A stretch of DNA of 64,000 bases from Trypanosoma brucei (taxonomy: Eukaryota). Each line of letters begins with the position of its first letter. Positions within the stretch are counted from its first letter, which is position 1. The position numbers were made by a program, and so were the translations under genes. This document shows positions 43,051 through 53,766 of this stretch, one piece after another. The notes under the pieces were generated by a model, which was not told where the DNA came from, ran no database searches, and saw nothing but the letters and a program-made list of their open reading frames with translations. The stretch lies in contig CH464491.1 in NCBI GenBank assembly GCA_000002445.1, forward strand, positions 2,240,001 to 2,304,000. Reading direction: 5' to 3'.

Positions 43051-44358
43051 TTACTTTTACACTTTTTTTTGTTTTATCCTTCTCGCCCCTTCCGCCACTT
43101 AACTGCGTTCACACCACTTGCTAAATAATTTTTTTTTCTTTTCTCCTTTCCTTTCCTTTCCTTTTTTTTTTTGAAAGTTGTTTGCTTAAATTTTTCCGTT
43201 CAGTAACTTGACAGGTTGTTTATATTCTTATATTTAACTATATATTCAAATGCAGAATGCACACGAATGTATAAATGCATAAATATATATAAATATATAT
43301 ATGTATTAATAATATTTATTTGGTTTCCACCCCTTTTCTTAAGGGTACAATGGAACTTTCTCTTATTCATTATTATTTATGCAGAAAGACAGCAATACAT
43401 GCCCGTGCATATATTTATATATTTAATTTGGTATGTTGGATTACTTTACCAACACAGAATTTGGATAAATATCCTAACTGCCACATGAAGATGCGGAAAC
43501 CGAGTTGTTTCTCCTCTCATATATTCCAATCTTACTGTTTATTGTCTCTGTTTTAAATTGTTAACGGCTTCAGTCTTCTATCTTTTTCGTGTTTTTTTTT
43601 TCGTCTGTATCCTCTCGTGTGATGTCTCCTCTCGTTCTCTTCATCGATAAAGATTTAAAAAGGAAAAAAAATAATATGATATTATATATTTATATTTATA
43701 ATGTTGTTGTTATGATTGCTATGATTGTCTGTCGTTTGTGGTTCCCTTTCCATGTGTCCGGGTCCCGTTCTTATTGCCACGTGGCGCGATTTGCTTTTTT
43801 GTTTTGTTTTGTTTTCTTCCCTCACTTCTTAATTATATTTTTCTTTCACCCTTTTCTTTGTCAAATCGTTGATGTATTAATGACGTCTTTTTGTCGTTGT
43901 GTTGTCCTTCCTTTTTTTTTTGTTTTTTTTTTCAATGTATCATCCCTTTTTTTGTCTCGCTTTGTTTCCCCTTCTCCCCCCCCGTATTTCACTTCCTCAT
44001 TGCTTGCGTTACCGTTTCGCGTCCTTCCATCGGGGAAGCGTTCGTATGAATTATCAGTGATCAGCAAGAACTGTGAGCAAAAAAAAAAAAAAGAATTCTA
44101 CGGCCCTTCCATCAAGTGAAAAGAAAAGAAAAATGTAATATGTATTTATACTTATATATGCGCCGGGGAGCGAAAGCAAATGTGGGAGTTTTTTTTTTCA
44201 TTTTGTCTTTGCGTTTTTTTTTGTGTGTGTGCTTTGGTTAGGAGGAGGGAGTCTGGGGAAACAATGTTTGTGGTTCATTCAATTACAGAGGAAAGGGTAG
44301 ATTACCGAGCGTAACCTGAAGTAACTGAACCAAAAGTCGTTTGAGTCATCCGATTAGA

Positions 44359-44363
<5 letters not shown>

Positions 44364-44393
<30 letters not shown>
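44364..44393. repeat. (AT)15 microsatellite
   Basis: Seen directly, ~275 nt upstream of the katanin ATG. Confidence 0.9.
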
Positions 44394-44396
<3 letters not shown>

Positions 44397-44667
44397 TAAA
44401 TGGATCGGCTTTCCCGCCTGCAATACGATGTTGTTTCCGTCACATGAGGCTTTCCAACTCTAAAAAGAAAGAAATCCGTTATTTATTTATCCGTTATAAA
44501 ATTTGAGAAAGCTACGTTATTTAAGGTGCGCATGCACACTCCACCCATCTCTTTAGCGCTCGTGTCATTCAATTATATATCTCTTCTTTAATGTGTTTTT
44601 TATCTTCTTTCTTAACTTCTCAATTTTTGCTATTTACTGCTAACCCTCAAAGTGTAGAAGGAGTGAT

Positions 44668-46332
44668 ATGAGCACATCTAATGACGTGCTGGTGAATAGC
44701 AAGAACTCGGTCAGTGTAGCGCGTCGATACGCTCTATACTCCAACTATGAGTTGGCCCTCGCTATTTACAACAGCCTTGACAAGGACTTTGACGCATATC
44801 TTGATTCGTGCAAAGATAAGCAGGAACATAAAAAATGGAAGCAAGTTAAGGAAAGGATAGCTGAGGAGGGGGCACTTGTACGCGCAATTCAGGACGAGTT
44901 ACGAGCATTCGTGAACCCAAGCGAGGCGGCACGAATCGATCGGCAACAATGGAGGAAACAGCAGGAGGAGTTCAAACCGATTTGTGGCGGGGAAGAAAAT
45001 GGACAGAGTGACCGGGGTGCAGGCAAGGCGGCCCGTCTGACGACTCTTCACATCACAAAATCCGTCCCACCGAATTTAAGTAGGTTAGCTTCCCAATCGT
45101 TGTTCGAAAGCAACCCCTCTACTCGTAATCAACTGCTGTATGGCGATAAGGATCGATTTGGCCCACCAGAGGGACCCGTAATCCGAAAAAGCAAAGCGGT
45201 AAATCCACAACCGGCTCAAAGGTTTGCATCACCCGTAGTCCGGCGTCGCCCGGTCATCACATCGAGCAACACAGCAAGTCTTACCAATGGCTCTCAAACG
45301 GTTCCACCCAAGGCAAAGATAGCTCCACGACGTGTTGAACGTCCGAAGGAAAATGCCACGCGGGGACAAATGCCACGTTCTTCAGTTCCACGATTTGTAC
45401 CGCGTAGTGGGGAGGAAGAGCTTGTGGCACTCATAGAAGCTGACATGCATGTAGGATCGCTTAGTGTTGGTTGGGAGGATGTTGCTGGTTTGCAGGACGC
45501 CAAGGGACTGCTGGAGGAAGCCGTGGTGTACCCCGTGCTGATGCCGGAGTATTATCAAGGCATTCGACGGCCTTGGAAGGGTGTTCTGTTGTATGGTCCA
45601 CCGGGTACGGGCAAGACGATGCTTGCGAAGGCAGTAGCGGCGGAATGTAACACAACGTTCTTCAATATTTCACCCGCCACACTGACGAGTAAATGGCGCG
45701 GGGACAGCGAGAAACTTATCCGCGTGCTCTTCGAAATGGCGCGGCACTACGCGCCTAGCACAATCTTTGTGGACGAAATTGACGCCGTGTGTAGCCAACG
45801 TGGCGAGAGCAGTGAGCATGAGGCTTCACGGCGTGCAAAGGGGACACTCTTGGCACAAATGGATGGGTTAAGCGTGGATCCTGGAAAAACTGTTATGGTA
45901 CTCGGGGCCACGAACCATCCGTGGTCGATCGATGAAGCGATGCGCCGGCGCCTGGAGAAGCGTATTTATATACCCCTTCCCGACTATAAGGATCGTCTGG
46001 AGCTGTTCCGTATCAACACGAAGACTTTAAAACTGTCCCCGGATGTTGACTTTGATAAGTTGTCCAAGATGCTTGAAGGGCGCTACTACAGCTGTGCGGA
46101 TCTAACGAATTTAGTTCGTGATGCAGCCATGATGACGATGCGGCGTTTCATGGAGGAGATGGACAAGACAGAAGTGAAAAGGCGTGCGGCGGAGATTGGG
46201 AAGTTGGTTGCTGAACAACCCATCACAATGGATGATTTCTTAAATGCTGTCAGAAATGTTCCCAGTAGTATTAACGTAGAGCAAATTAAAAAATTTGAGA
46301 AGTGGAAGAAGGAGTTCGAGGTAAATGTTTAG
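44668..46332 (+). CDS. KAT60: katanin p60 catalytic subunit (meiotic-clade AAA ATPase), 554 aa
   Basis: The start is ATG at 44668. The N-terminus is MIT-like and helical. The AAA core 'LLYGPPGTGKTMLAKAVAAECNTTFFNISPATLTSKWRGDSEKLIRVLFEMARHY' is near-identical in pattern to katanin p60 ('...[35 protein letters not shown]'). Walker B is 'IFVDEIDAV', and 'LGATNHPWSIDEAMRRRLEKRIYIPLP' follows. Confidence 0.88.
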   Translation: MSTSNDVLVNSKNSVSVARRYALYSNYELALAIYNSLDKDFDAYLDSCKDKQEHKKWKQVKERIAEEGALVRAIQDELRAFVNPSEAARIDRQQWRKQQEEFKPICGGEENGQSDRGAGKAARLTTLHITKSVPPNLSRLASQSLFESNPSTRNQLLYGDKDRFGPPEGPVIRKSKAVNPQPAQRFASPVVRRRPVITSSNTASLTNGSQTVPPKAKIAPRRVERPKENATRGQMPRSSVPRFVPRSGEEELVALIEADMHVGSLSVGWEDVAGLQDAKGLLEEAVVYPVLMPEYYQGIRRPWKGVLLYGPPGTGKTMLAKAVAAECNTTFFNISPATLTSKWRGDSEKLIRVLFEMARHYAPSTIFVDEIDAVCSQRGESSEHEASRRAKGTLLAQMDGLSVDPGKTVMVLGATNHPWSIDEAMRRRLEKRIYIPLPDYKDRLELFRINTKTLKLSPDVDFDKLSKMLEGRYYSCADLTNLVRDAAMMTMRRFMEEMDKTEVKRRAAEIGKLVAEQPITMDDFLNAVRNVPSSINVEQIKKFEKWKKEFEVNV

Positions 46333-47190
46333 AGCACTCATTGGTGCATTGTAGTTATATCATTGCTTACTCGTATTATTATTATTATATCATTACAACG
46401 ACCACTACGACTACGGCTGCTGTTATTTGTTCTCCCTCAGGGCGAAATGGAAGCCAATGGATTTCCCCAGTGGTTTGCTGCATGGAAACGGATTAGGAAG
46501 GCGAAAGAAGCAAGCGTTTGTGTATTTAAAAAAAAAGGTGGCGAAGGCCACGAGGAGGGAAATAAAGACGGCAATCGAGCACTTCACCACAGGGATACTG
46601 TAAACTGTGGCTTTGCAGACGTCGATCTGCATATAACGCGATGCGGAGAGTGTCGTTTCTTTTTTGTTTTTTTTTTAGTTTTTTATTGGTATTGTTATCT
46701 TTTTTCTTTTGTACGTAGGTATGTGAAGATGCCGAGATGGAGAGCCAGAAACGTTCCGTGTTTGTCGTCCTGCAATTCATTTCCTCGTTTTGGTAGTGAT
46801 TTATATTTAGTCGAAGAGCAAATAAATAAAAACAATATATTGTTGCTCCCGTATGTTTAGGTGTTTCCTTCCCCTTCTATCTCCCCCTCCCCCCCCAAAA
46901 AAAAACAGCCAACTACAACAACAGGAAAGCGTGTATCGTTGTGAATTTTCCAATGACTTGAATTGTCATGTACGTGATATATTTTGCTGGTAACTGTTTC
47001 AGCCTCTGCTGTTGTCGTTGTTGTGTTGTCACAATAATCCCCACCGACTTTAAAAAAAAAAGCACAAACAAACTTACCAATTAATTGCTTTTACATTTTT
47101 GTCTTTAACAGGACACATTGGAGTCTCACTATACAAAACACTGCAGTGTGAGCCGGGGAAAGTAAAAGATATAAGCGGGCCGTGATCGGC

Positions 47191-49869
47191 ATGTCTGATT
47201 CGCACCACAGCGGGTATGATGAGAACAGTGGGAGAGGAAACGCCCAGAAACGCCCTAGAAGTGAATCAACTCATGGAAGTTCAAACAGTTGGCAAATTGT
47301 ATCGAGCAGTCGTTGCATCGCTTGCGGACGTTTGCGGTCCTTGTGTGAGTGCCGCAGCCTTCGAGTGGACCCGGAACTGAGGCGGAAGAACCTTGACACC
47401 TTATTGCTTAACACTCCTTATGTTCGCTGCAAACAACTGAAAGCATTAGATGAGGCTGGCCGTGAAGAGGAAAGACACCGCCGGTGTATCGCTGAGGAAT
47501 GGTACTCGAAGATGCGTATCATCAAAAGGGCTGCGCATACTGACAAGTATCTTCTTCGTGTGACCCTCGATGAGGTGAGGGGACGCGAGAACCTTTCAGC
47601 GTTGGAGCGGAAGGAATGGGTGGAGGGTATGGCTCTTAGTGACAAGTATATGGTTCTGCTTGCTCTAGTTCAGCGTGAGCGGGAGGAGCGGCTGAAGTTC
47701 TACGCTTCAGCAGAACGTGCGACAAGGATGTTAGGAACATGGCATAACACAGTATTCCACCTACTCGGTTTGCAGAGCCGTGAGGTGGCATTCCGGAGAA
47801 CTCTTGTTAACAACGAAGCGGCAGCGCGGGCGTCACTATTGAGCATTGAGTTAGAAGCCTTGAAGGTTATGGAAAACAATGAGAAGAGCAGGCTCGAATT
47901 CTTTGAGTTATTCTGGGCTAGCCGCGAGTCGGTTGCAGATGCGTGGATGCAAGGTGTAGAGGCGCTGGAGTGTGCCATGGCGGAGACCGTTCAAAATCTC
48001 GAAAAATGTTTTCAAGAGCGCACTCGCTGTTTCGAAATCGTGTTGAAGCGAAGAGATGAGCTGCTACTGGAGGAAGAGAATGCCAGACAACGTTTGCACA
48101 GTCTTTTTGAGGAGGAAAACGACTTTTTGGAAGAAAACATGCGATTCTTCCAACAGCGACGCGCTGCTGTGATGCAACAGGAAGCGTCAGCAAGGGGTGT
48201 AATATGCCAAGAGGCCACGGATGCTTACAGTGCTCTCTTCCTCGAATGTAGGCGTGACAGAGAAAAGGCTTGCGAGGCAGAGTCCTTTAAGCGACGACGG
48301 CGTGAGGAAGAATTTCATGCTGCCGTTGCTTCTCTGCAAGATATAATGAAAGAGGAGGAGGCAGCCCTCGCACTCCTGAAAACTCAGGAACACCACGAAA
48401 GAGAACTCCGCTACCAATGGATGTTGGAGAGGGAAAAGGCGATCATTAGCGCAGAAAATACACTTCTTCAACATGTACAACTGCTCTTCTCCGAGGAAGA
48501 GAAGGCGCGCGGCGCAATCGTGCATCTTATGCAGCAGCAGGAGGCTGAAACTGCTTCATGGCTTCGGCACAAGGAACGGAAGCTGCGCGAGATCATTGAG
48601 ACTGCATTAGAGGAGAAAAGTCAGATGCTGCTACTCGAACACGAGGAGCGCTTTTCCCTAGTCTCTCAGAAGGCGGAACATGAAGACGCTGTGCGGCGGT
48701 GGGTTGATCACAAGGAAAGCGCAAGGCAGAGCCTAGCTACGGCCGAAACCACTCACCGCAACCGTTGGGTGGATATGGAGCGCAACGCACGGGAGGAGCT
48801 CTCCTGGCGCTTTGGTGAGGGGCTGGAGACCTGTTACTCGCAAGTTCAGCAGCGAATGGAGGCACTGACGAAGCTCCAGCAGCGAGCTTTCCATGCAAAG
48901 GAGGGTATCGTGAAGCAGGAAGAGGAGGCGCTGCGCCTTCTGTTAGGAACATTGCGGGATGATGAGGAACGGTCCCTTAGGGAAGAGATTCACCGCAGGG
49001 TAGTTGATATTCTTAACACCGAGACAGAGCACCGCAGCCATTTAACTCAGCAGGAGGTTGGAAACAGGGAAAGTATTACAACGATGTTCTTGATGCAGGA
49101 GCGGTTCTTTAAGAAGGAGGCCCAGGAACTGCTGAAGGCGCAATTATATGAAATTGTCGCAGCTGAGGAGAGCCACCGCCGCGTGCTGTTGCAGGATGCC
49201 GATGACTCGGTAGAGCGCCTATATCACAGCTATAAAAAGTTATTAGAAGAAGCCCGGCGAAGGGAGGAGGAGCGTGTACGTGAGGAACGTCGCCAGCGTG
49301 AAGTTGCCCTCTTGGAGGATCCGCGCTTGTACCGCGAAGAGGAGGATTGCGACCTTTGTGTCGATGGCGCCTCACCTCCTACCGGACTCGATGATGGCTG
49401 CTACAATGATATGAAGATGGGGCCACTCGGGGAAACATGGATGCTCCAGCGGCAACACGTTGTTGAGGATTTGGGTGGAGAGAGTGCGGACGTCGTGCTG
49501 CTCACTCATGAGACGACTGCGTTTCTCTTCAGCATTGTTAATGCCATCACTGAGAGGGAGGCGATCCTAGCGGCCGAGAGAACCAAAGCCGAATCGACAA
49601 TGAAGAACATACAAAAGAAAATTGAACGACAGAAGTCAGTTTTTGCCAACGTCAAAGAACAGTTGGAGGAATCACAGGAAAAGTTGAAGCGCGATGCTGA
49701 GAACCACAGCAAGCGTTTAGCGACACAGCGTGAAGCCCAACAGAAGTTGGAGGCACAGCTGGCTCGGGAGCGGACGCGCTTAAAGGAGAAGACTGAAGAA
49801 CTGCAACGAACGAAAAACAGTGTCTCGGAGATGCGAGACTCTATTCACAGCCAGTACAAGAAAAGGTGA
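47191..49869 (+). CDS. large Glu/Arg-rich coiled-coil protein, hypothetical, 892 aa
   Basis: The track ORF starts at GTG 47182, and the first ATG is 47191 (MSDSHHSGY). An N-terminal Cys cluster is present (CIACGRLRSLCEC). The remainder is almost entirely heptad-like E/R/L-rich sequence. Confidence 0.55.
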   Translation: MSDSHHSGYDENSGRGNAQKRPRSESTHGSSNSWQIVSSSRCIACGRLRSLCECRSLRVDPELRRKNLDTLLLNTPYVRCKQLKALDEAGREEERHRRCIAEEWYSKMRIIKRAAHTDKYLLRVTLDEVRGRENLSALERKEWVEGMALSDKYMVLLALVQREREERLKFYASAERATRMLGTWHNTVFHLLGLQSREVAFRRTLVNNEAAARASLLSIELEALKVMENNEKSRLEFFELFWASRESVADAWMQGVEALECAMAETVQNLEKCFQERTRCFEIVLKRRDELLLEEENARQRLHSLFEEENDFLEENMRFFQQRRAAVMQQEASARGVICQEATDAYSALFLECRRDREKACEAESFKRRRREEEFHAAVASLQDIMKEEEAALALLKTQEHHERELRYQWMLEREKAIISAENTLLQHVQLLFSEEEKARGAIVHLMQQQEAETASWLRHKERKLREIIETALEEKSQMLLLEHEERFSLVSQKAEHEDAVRRWVDHKESARQSLATAETTHRNRWVDMERNAREELSWRFGEGLETCYSQVQQRMEALTKLQQRAFHAKEGIVKQEEEALRLLLGTLRDDEERSLREEIHRRVVDILNTETEHRSHLTQQEVGNRESITTMFLMQERFFKKEAQELLKAQLYEIVAAEESHRRVLLQDADDSVERLYHSYKKLLEEARRREEERVREERRQREVALLEDPRLYREEEDCDLCVDGASPPTGLDDGCYNDMKMGPLGETWMLQRQHVVEDLGGESADVVLLTHETTAFLFSIVNAITEREAILAAERTKAESTMKNIQKKIERQKSVFANVKEQLEESQEKLKRDAENHSKRLATQREAQQKLEAQLARERTRLKEKTEELQRTKNSVSEMRDSIHSQYKKR

Positions 49870-50576
49870 GAAGAAAGTATAATAAAGTGAAGAAAGGTGG
49901 GAAAAGGCAAGGGTCACAGAGGAGGAGGAGACACATAATTTACCAGTGGCTATATGACAAAAAGGACAACAAGCATACCATCGGTATCGTCAAGATGCGC
50001 GTGTGTATTTGCAACACGCGCACCTGCCCGAGTACGAATGGGCGCCGGGCAAGCATAGGCTTGTTTTTCTTTTAATTTTCCGTGTGGGTGCGGTGGGAGC
50101 CTCCTTCATTGTTGTTAGAGTTGTTTATTCAGTAGATGCGTAGACTGTTCCTTGACGTTTTTTAACCTTTTCGTTTGGGTAAAGGGGGCGGTTTGGGTGG
50201 CCAGGAGCCCGTCGTCCAACTGGAACTGATCCGTCGCATGCTCGGCAGGTCATTGTTCTCCACGGAAAAGAAATATGGGACTAATGAAGATGGTGGCTAC
50301 TCTCATGTTATGCTGATTCTGCTGGATTAAAGTTGAGCGCTGATAGGGGTTGATGCCATCATCAATTGTATCTGTATCGCACGGTGGGGGTTTCCTGTGC
50401 CCCGCAGCTATTCGTGTAGTTTCTAGATGTTTCTCTTTATTCCTAATATCGTGTATATGTGTGATTACCGGTGAGGTAAGTGGCTATCGGCTTTTAACTT
50501 TCTGCCGAGCAGTTTTCTTCTGTTCATTTGTTGTCTAGCATAAACGTTTTGTCATCTTTTTTAAATTTTTTATATC

Positions 50577-52484
50577 ATGGAGACCAAAGCAATAATGCTA
50601 TTAGTGGTGTCGGCCATCGGTGTCGTGATGCTCACGTGGTTGTTTGTGAGCATTTGCACCCGTAAGTCTAAAGACGATGATATGCACAACGAACCATTGT
50701 TGTCAAAGCATGCAAACTCAAAGCTTATGGAAGTGGATGGAAGGGTCTTGGTCCTTTATGGCTCACAAACTGGCACTGCTGAAATGTTTGCGAGGAACCT
50801 TACACGAGAAGGTTCACGACGTGGCTTTCCCTTGAAAGTACTTGATATTGAGAAGTATCAGGCTTCCAATCTTGTCAAGGAGAAGCGTGTAATTATCGTA
50901 TGTGCCACCTATGGTGATGGTGAGCCCACAGACCCTATGGTTGAGTTCCACGATTGGTTAATGAGTGATTCTCGCGTGATGGGAGAGGAATTGAGTGGGG
51001 TGAGGTACACGGTGTTCGGCCTTGGCGACAGGCAATACGTCAATTTCTGCCGTGAAGGCATCACAGTGGACCGCCGCATGTCTGAGTTAGGCGCTCAGCG
51101 TTTCTATCCCCTTGGTCGCGGCGATTACAGTGATGACATTGAAGAAGATTTCGACAAATGGCGTTCCGGACTTTGGCCAGCACTGAGCACTGAGCTTGCA
51201 CTTGATGTAAAATCGGGCGAAGAGGGGCCGGTAGCTCCGGAATGCTGCATGAAAGCATTGGAATCTTCGGATGAAGCCCCGTTGCCGTTTCCGAAAGCGG
51301 ACCCGGGACTGGAACCAACACAACGATTGCCTTCTTGGGCACCAGTGAAGGTGAACAAGGAGCTGCTGAGCAATGCTACCGGAAGAAGTACAAGGTTGAT
51401 TGAGTTTGATACATCAGAAACTGTTATCTCCTACCAGGCTGGTGACCACCTCGGTGTTCTTCCTAGTAACCCCAGCGAAATGGTGAACACTTATCTGCGG
51501 GTGTTGGGCGTGAGCGAGCAAGAATCAAGTCAGGTCATCTCGTTAGAAAATAAAAATACTGGCGAGTGTGTTTTTCCTTGTCGCGCGTCGATTCGCACCG
51601 CACTCACGTGGTACATCGATCTTGCCGGGCCCCCCAAGAAGTCTACTTTGCGTGCTTTCGCCCACTATTGCACTGATCCCGTTGAAAAGGACACCTTGTT
51701 AAAACTGCTGAGTACTGAACCCGAGTCGGTGGAGGCGTATGGCAAGCTTGTTTTGGAGTTAAGGACTGTCCTTGGCTTTTTGCAGCGATTCAAGTCGATG
51801 TCTCCCCCGCTGAGTTTCTTCTTGGAGATGATGCCGCGGATTGCCCCACGGTATTTTTCCATTTCGTCTGATTCTCTGACCCACCCGACGAGTGTGGCCA
51901 TTACTGTTGCTGTGGTCGAGGGTGGCCTCTGCACAAATTTGCTTCAGCAGGCAGCCGTGGGTCAAAACATTCCCGTATTTGTGCGAAAATCGAACTTCCA
52001 CCTTCCGCTTCAAGCCGAGGATCGACCAATCATCATGATTGGCCCGGGCACGGGTGTAGCGCCTTTTATTGGATTTCTCCACCGCCGTAGCGCGTGGCTG
52101 GAAAAGGGTAACAAAGTTGGTGATGCACTTTTGTTTTTTGGTTGCAGGAGGCGTGAGGAGGATCATATATATGCCGACTTTATGGAGAAGTGTCTATCGA
52201 ATGGGGCACTCTCCGTGCGGGATGTTGCTTACAGCAGAGAACAAGCGGATAAAGTTTATGTGCAGCACCGCTTAGCGGCACGCGGGAAGGAAGTATGGGA
52301 AATAATCAGCAGAGGAGGAAATGTTTACGTATGCGGGGATGCAAAGAATATGGCGAGGGATGTCGAGAGGCAGCTACTGGACATCGCGCAGAAATATGGT
52401 GCAATGAAGGAGGATGAGGCGACGGCATTGCTTGAGAAACTCGCAACTGATGAACGGTATTTGAAGGATGTCTGGACGGCGTGA
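50577..52484 (+). CDS. CPR: NADPH-cytochrome P450 reductase (diflavin reductase) with an N-terminal membrane anchor, 635 aa
   Basis: The start is ATG at 50577. A TM anchor is present (AIMLLVVSAIGVVMLTWLFVSI). Flavodoxin motifs are 'VLVLYGSQTGTAE' and 'VFGLGDRQY'. FAD binding is 'RYFSISSD', NADPH binding is 'IIMIGPGTGVAPFIGFL', and the C-terminus is 'YVCGDAKNMARDV...DVWTA'. Confidence 0.9.
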   Translation: METKAIMLLVVSAIGVVMLTWLFVSICTRKSKDDDMHNEPLLSKHANSKLMEVDGRVLVLYGSQTGTAEMFARNLTREGSRRGFPLKVLDIEKYQASNLVKEKRVIIVCATYGDGEPTDPMVEFHDWLMSDSRVMGEELSGVRYTVFGLGDRQYVNFCREGITVDRRMSELGAQRFYPLGRGDYSDDIEEDFDKWRSGLWPALSTELALDVKSGEEGPVAPECCMKALESSDEAPLPFPKADPGLEPTQRLPSWAPVKVNKELLSNATGRSTRLIEFDTSETVISYQAGDHLGVLPSNPSEMVNTYLRVLGVSEQESSQVISLENKNTGECVFPCRASIRTALTWYIDLAGPPKKSTLRAFAHYCTDPVEKDTLLKLLSTEPESVEAYGKLVLELRTVLGFLQRFKSMSPPLSFFLEMMPRIAPRYFSISSDSLTHPTSVAITVAVVEGGLCTNLLQQAAVGQNIPVFVRKSNFHLPLQAEDRPIIMIGPGTGVAPFIGFLHRRSAWLEKGNKVGDALLFFGCRRREEDHIYADFMEKCLSNGALSVRDVAYSREQADKVYVQHRLAARGKEVWEIISRGGNVYVCGDAKNMARDVERQLLDIAQKYGAMKEDEATALLEKLATDERYLKDVWTA

Positions 52485-53570
52485 GTGTTATGTGGTTTGG
52501 GCCCGATGATGGTGGAGGACGTCGACCCATCGGTAATTGTGCATATCCACACCCACTTTCTCATGCGTTGCCAGTGCTTTGGAATAACGCACGCTCACAG
52601 TTTTACTTCCGTAAATTTCCTATCGGTTCCTGCCGGTTTATATTTGTTTGTCGCAACGGTTTCGATGCCAATGGTAGTATGTGCTGACGGCGTGCACGTT
52701 TGTACCCTTTCTCGGGGCAACCGGATGGTTTCTCAGTTCTAACTCTGCTGCCGCTTGGTGTGTTTAAGGTGTTGGGGCGGTGTTGGAGAATTGATTGATT
52801 GTGAAATCATTTTAGTTTGTTCGGCGAAAAGGGACGGAGGAGGTAAGAAATGCTCGTGGCCCGGTGGGGACGCCTTGGGTGTTTTAATCCTTGCACGTTT
52901 GGCTACGTCATTAAACTGATAGGCGCATTTTCTGGGTTTAATGAATGAACTGCGATGTTGGAAGTGAAGGGAGAACGGGTGCTTACTGCCACGCGTGCGT
53001 AAGTGCTTTCTCTTCTTTTAATTTTCATCGTTGGTATTGACCATTGTTGCAACAAGAGGGGGAAAGGTAAATAGAGGGCCCGTCGATGATTTTCCTTTTT
53101 TTTCTTTTTGCGGGACGTGTTGGTAAATGTTTTTCCGTTGGGAGTTGGTTGACCCGCCTATCAACATGCTTCTAACTGTGCGAGGGGGCGGCGAGTGCTG
53201 CTACCTTTCCTTGCATTACTGCTTGTAACCAAACTTGCTGCTTTCAGCAAGTTGAACTCAATGCCAAAAATGAGCATATCGGTTGTTGTAGTAACTACAA
53301 TTAAGGAAGTAAACAGCGTCGAAGTGAGGTCAATAATCTTTTTTTTTCTGACAAAAGAAAATGCGGGTGTATTCAATTACGCGAATGATAATATTTGGTT
53401 AGTCACTGGTTGAAGGTTTAATTGGTTTTAATTCAGAGGGAAATATATACATACAAAAGTATATGTAATATTTCTATCATGTATTAACTGGGCTTCTCTT
53501 TCTCATAGGGTGTAAAAAGGAAAAAGGGGAAGACATCGTGCAGAAATAGTTGAAGTGACGGAAAAGAAAC

Positions 53571-53634
53571 TCACATACACACATATATATACACACACAC
53601 ACAAACACACATATATACATATATATATATATAT
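53571..53634. repeat. compound (CA)n/(TA)n microsatellite
   Basis: acatacacacatatatatacacacacacacaaacacacatatatacatatatatatatatata seen directly. Confidence 0.85.
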
Positions 53635-53766
53635 AAGACAGCCAACCCCTTGTGAAACATACGCAACTTCACAATTTTTTTTAAAAAAAAAGTGAAGAAG
53701 AGCATTGAACCCACAAACTGATAGAACTGGCCTCCTATCGACGGGAGGTTCCCGTTAGGCAGCGGA

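Noticed and set aside
43589-44119. 176-aa ORF (F/L/S/P-rich) in the long spacer
   Set aside because: It is the translation of a polypyrimidine tract, so the amino-acid composition reflects T/C bias rather than a protein. No motifs are present.
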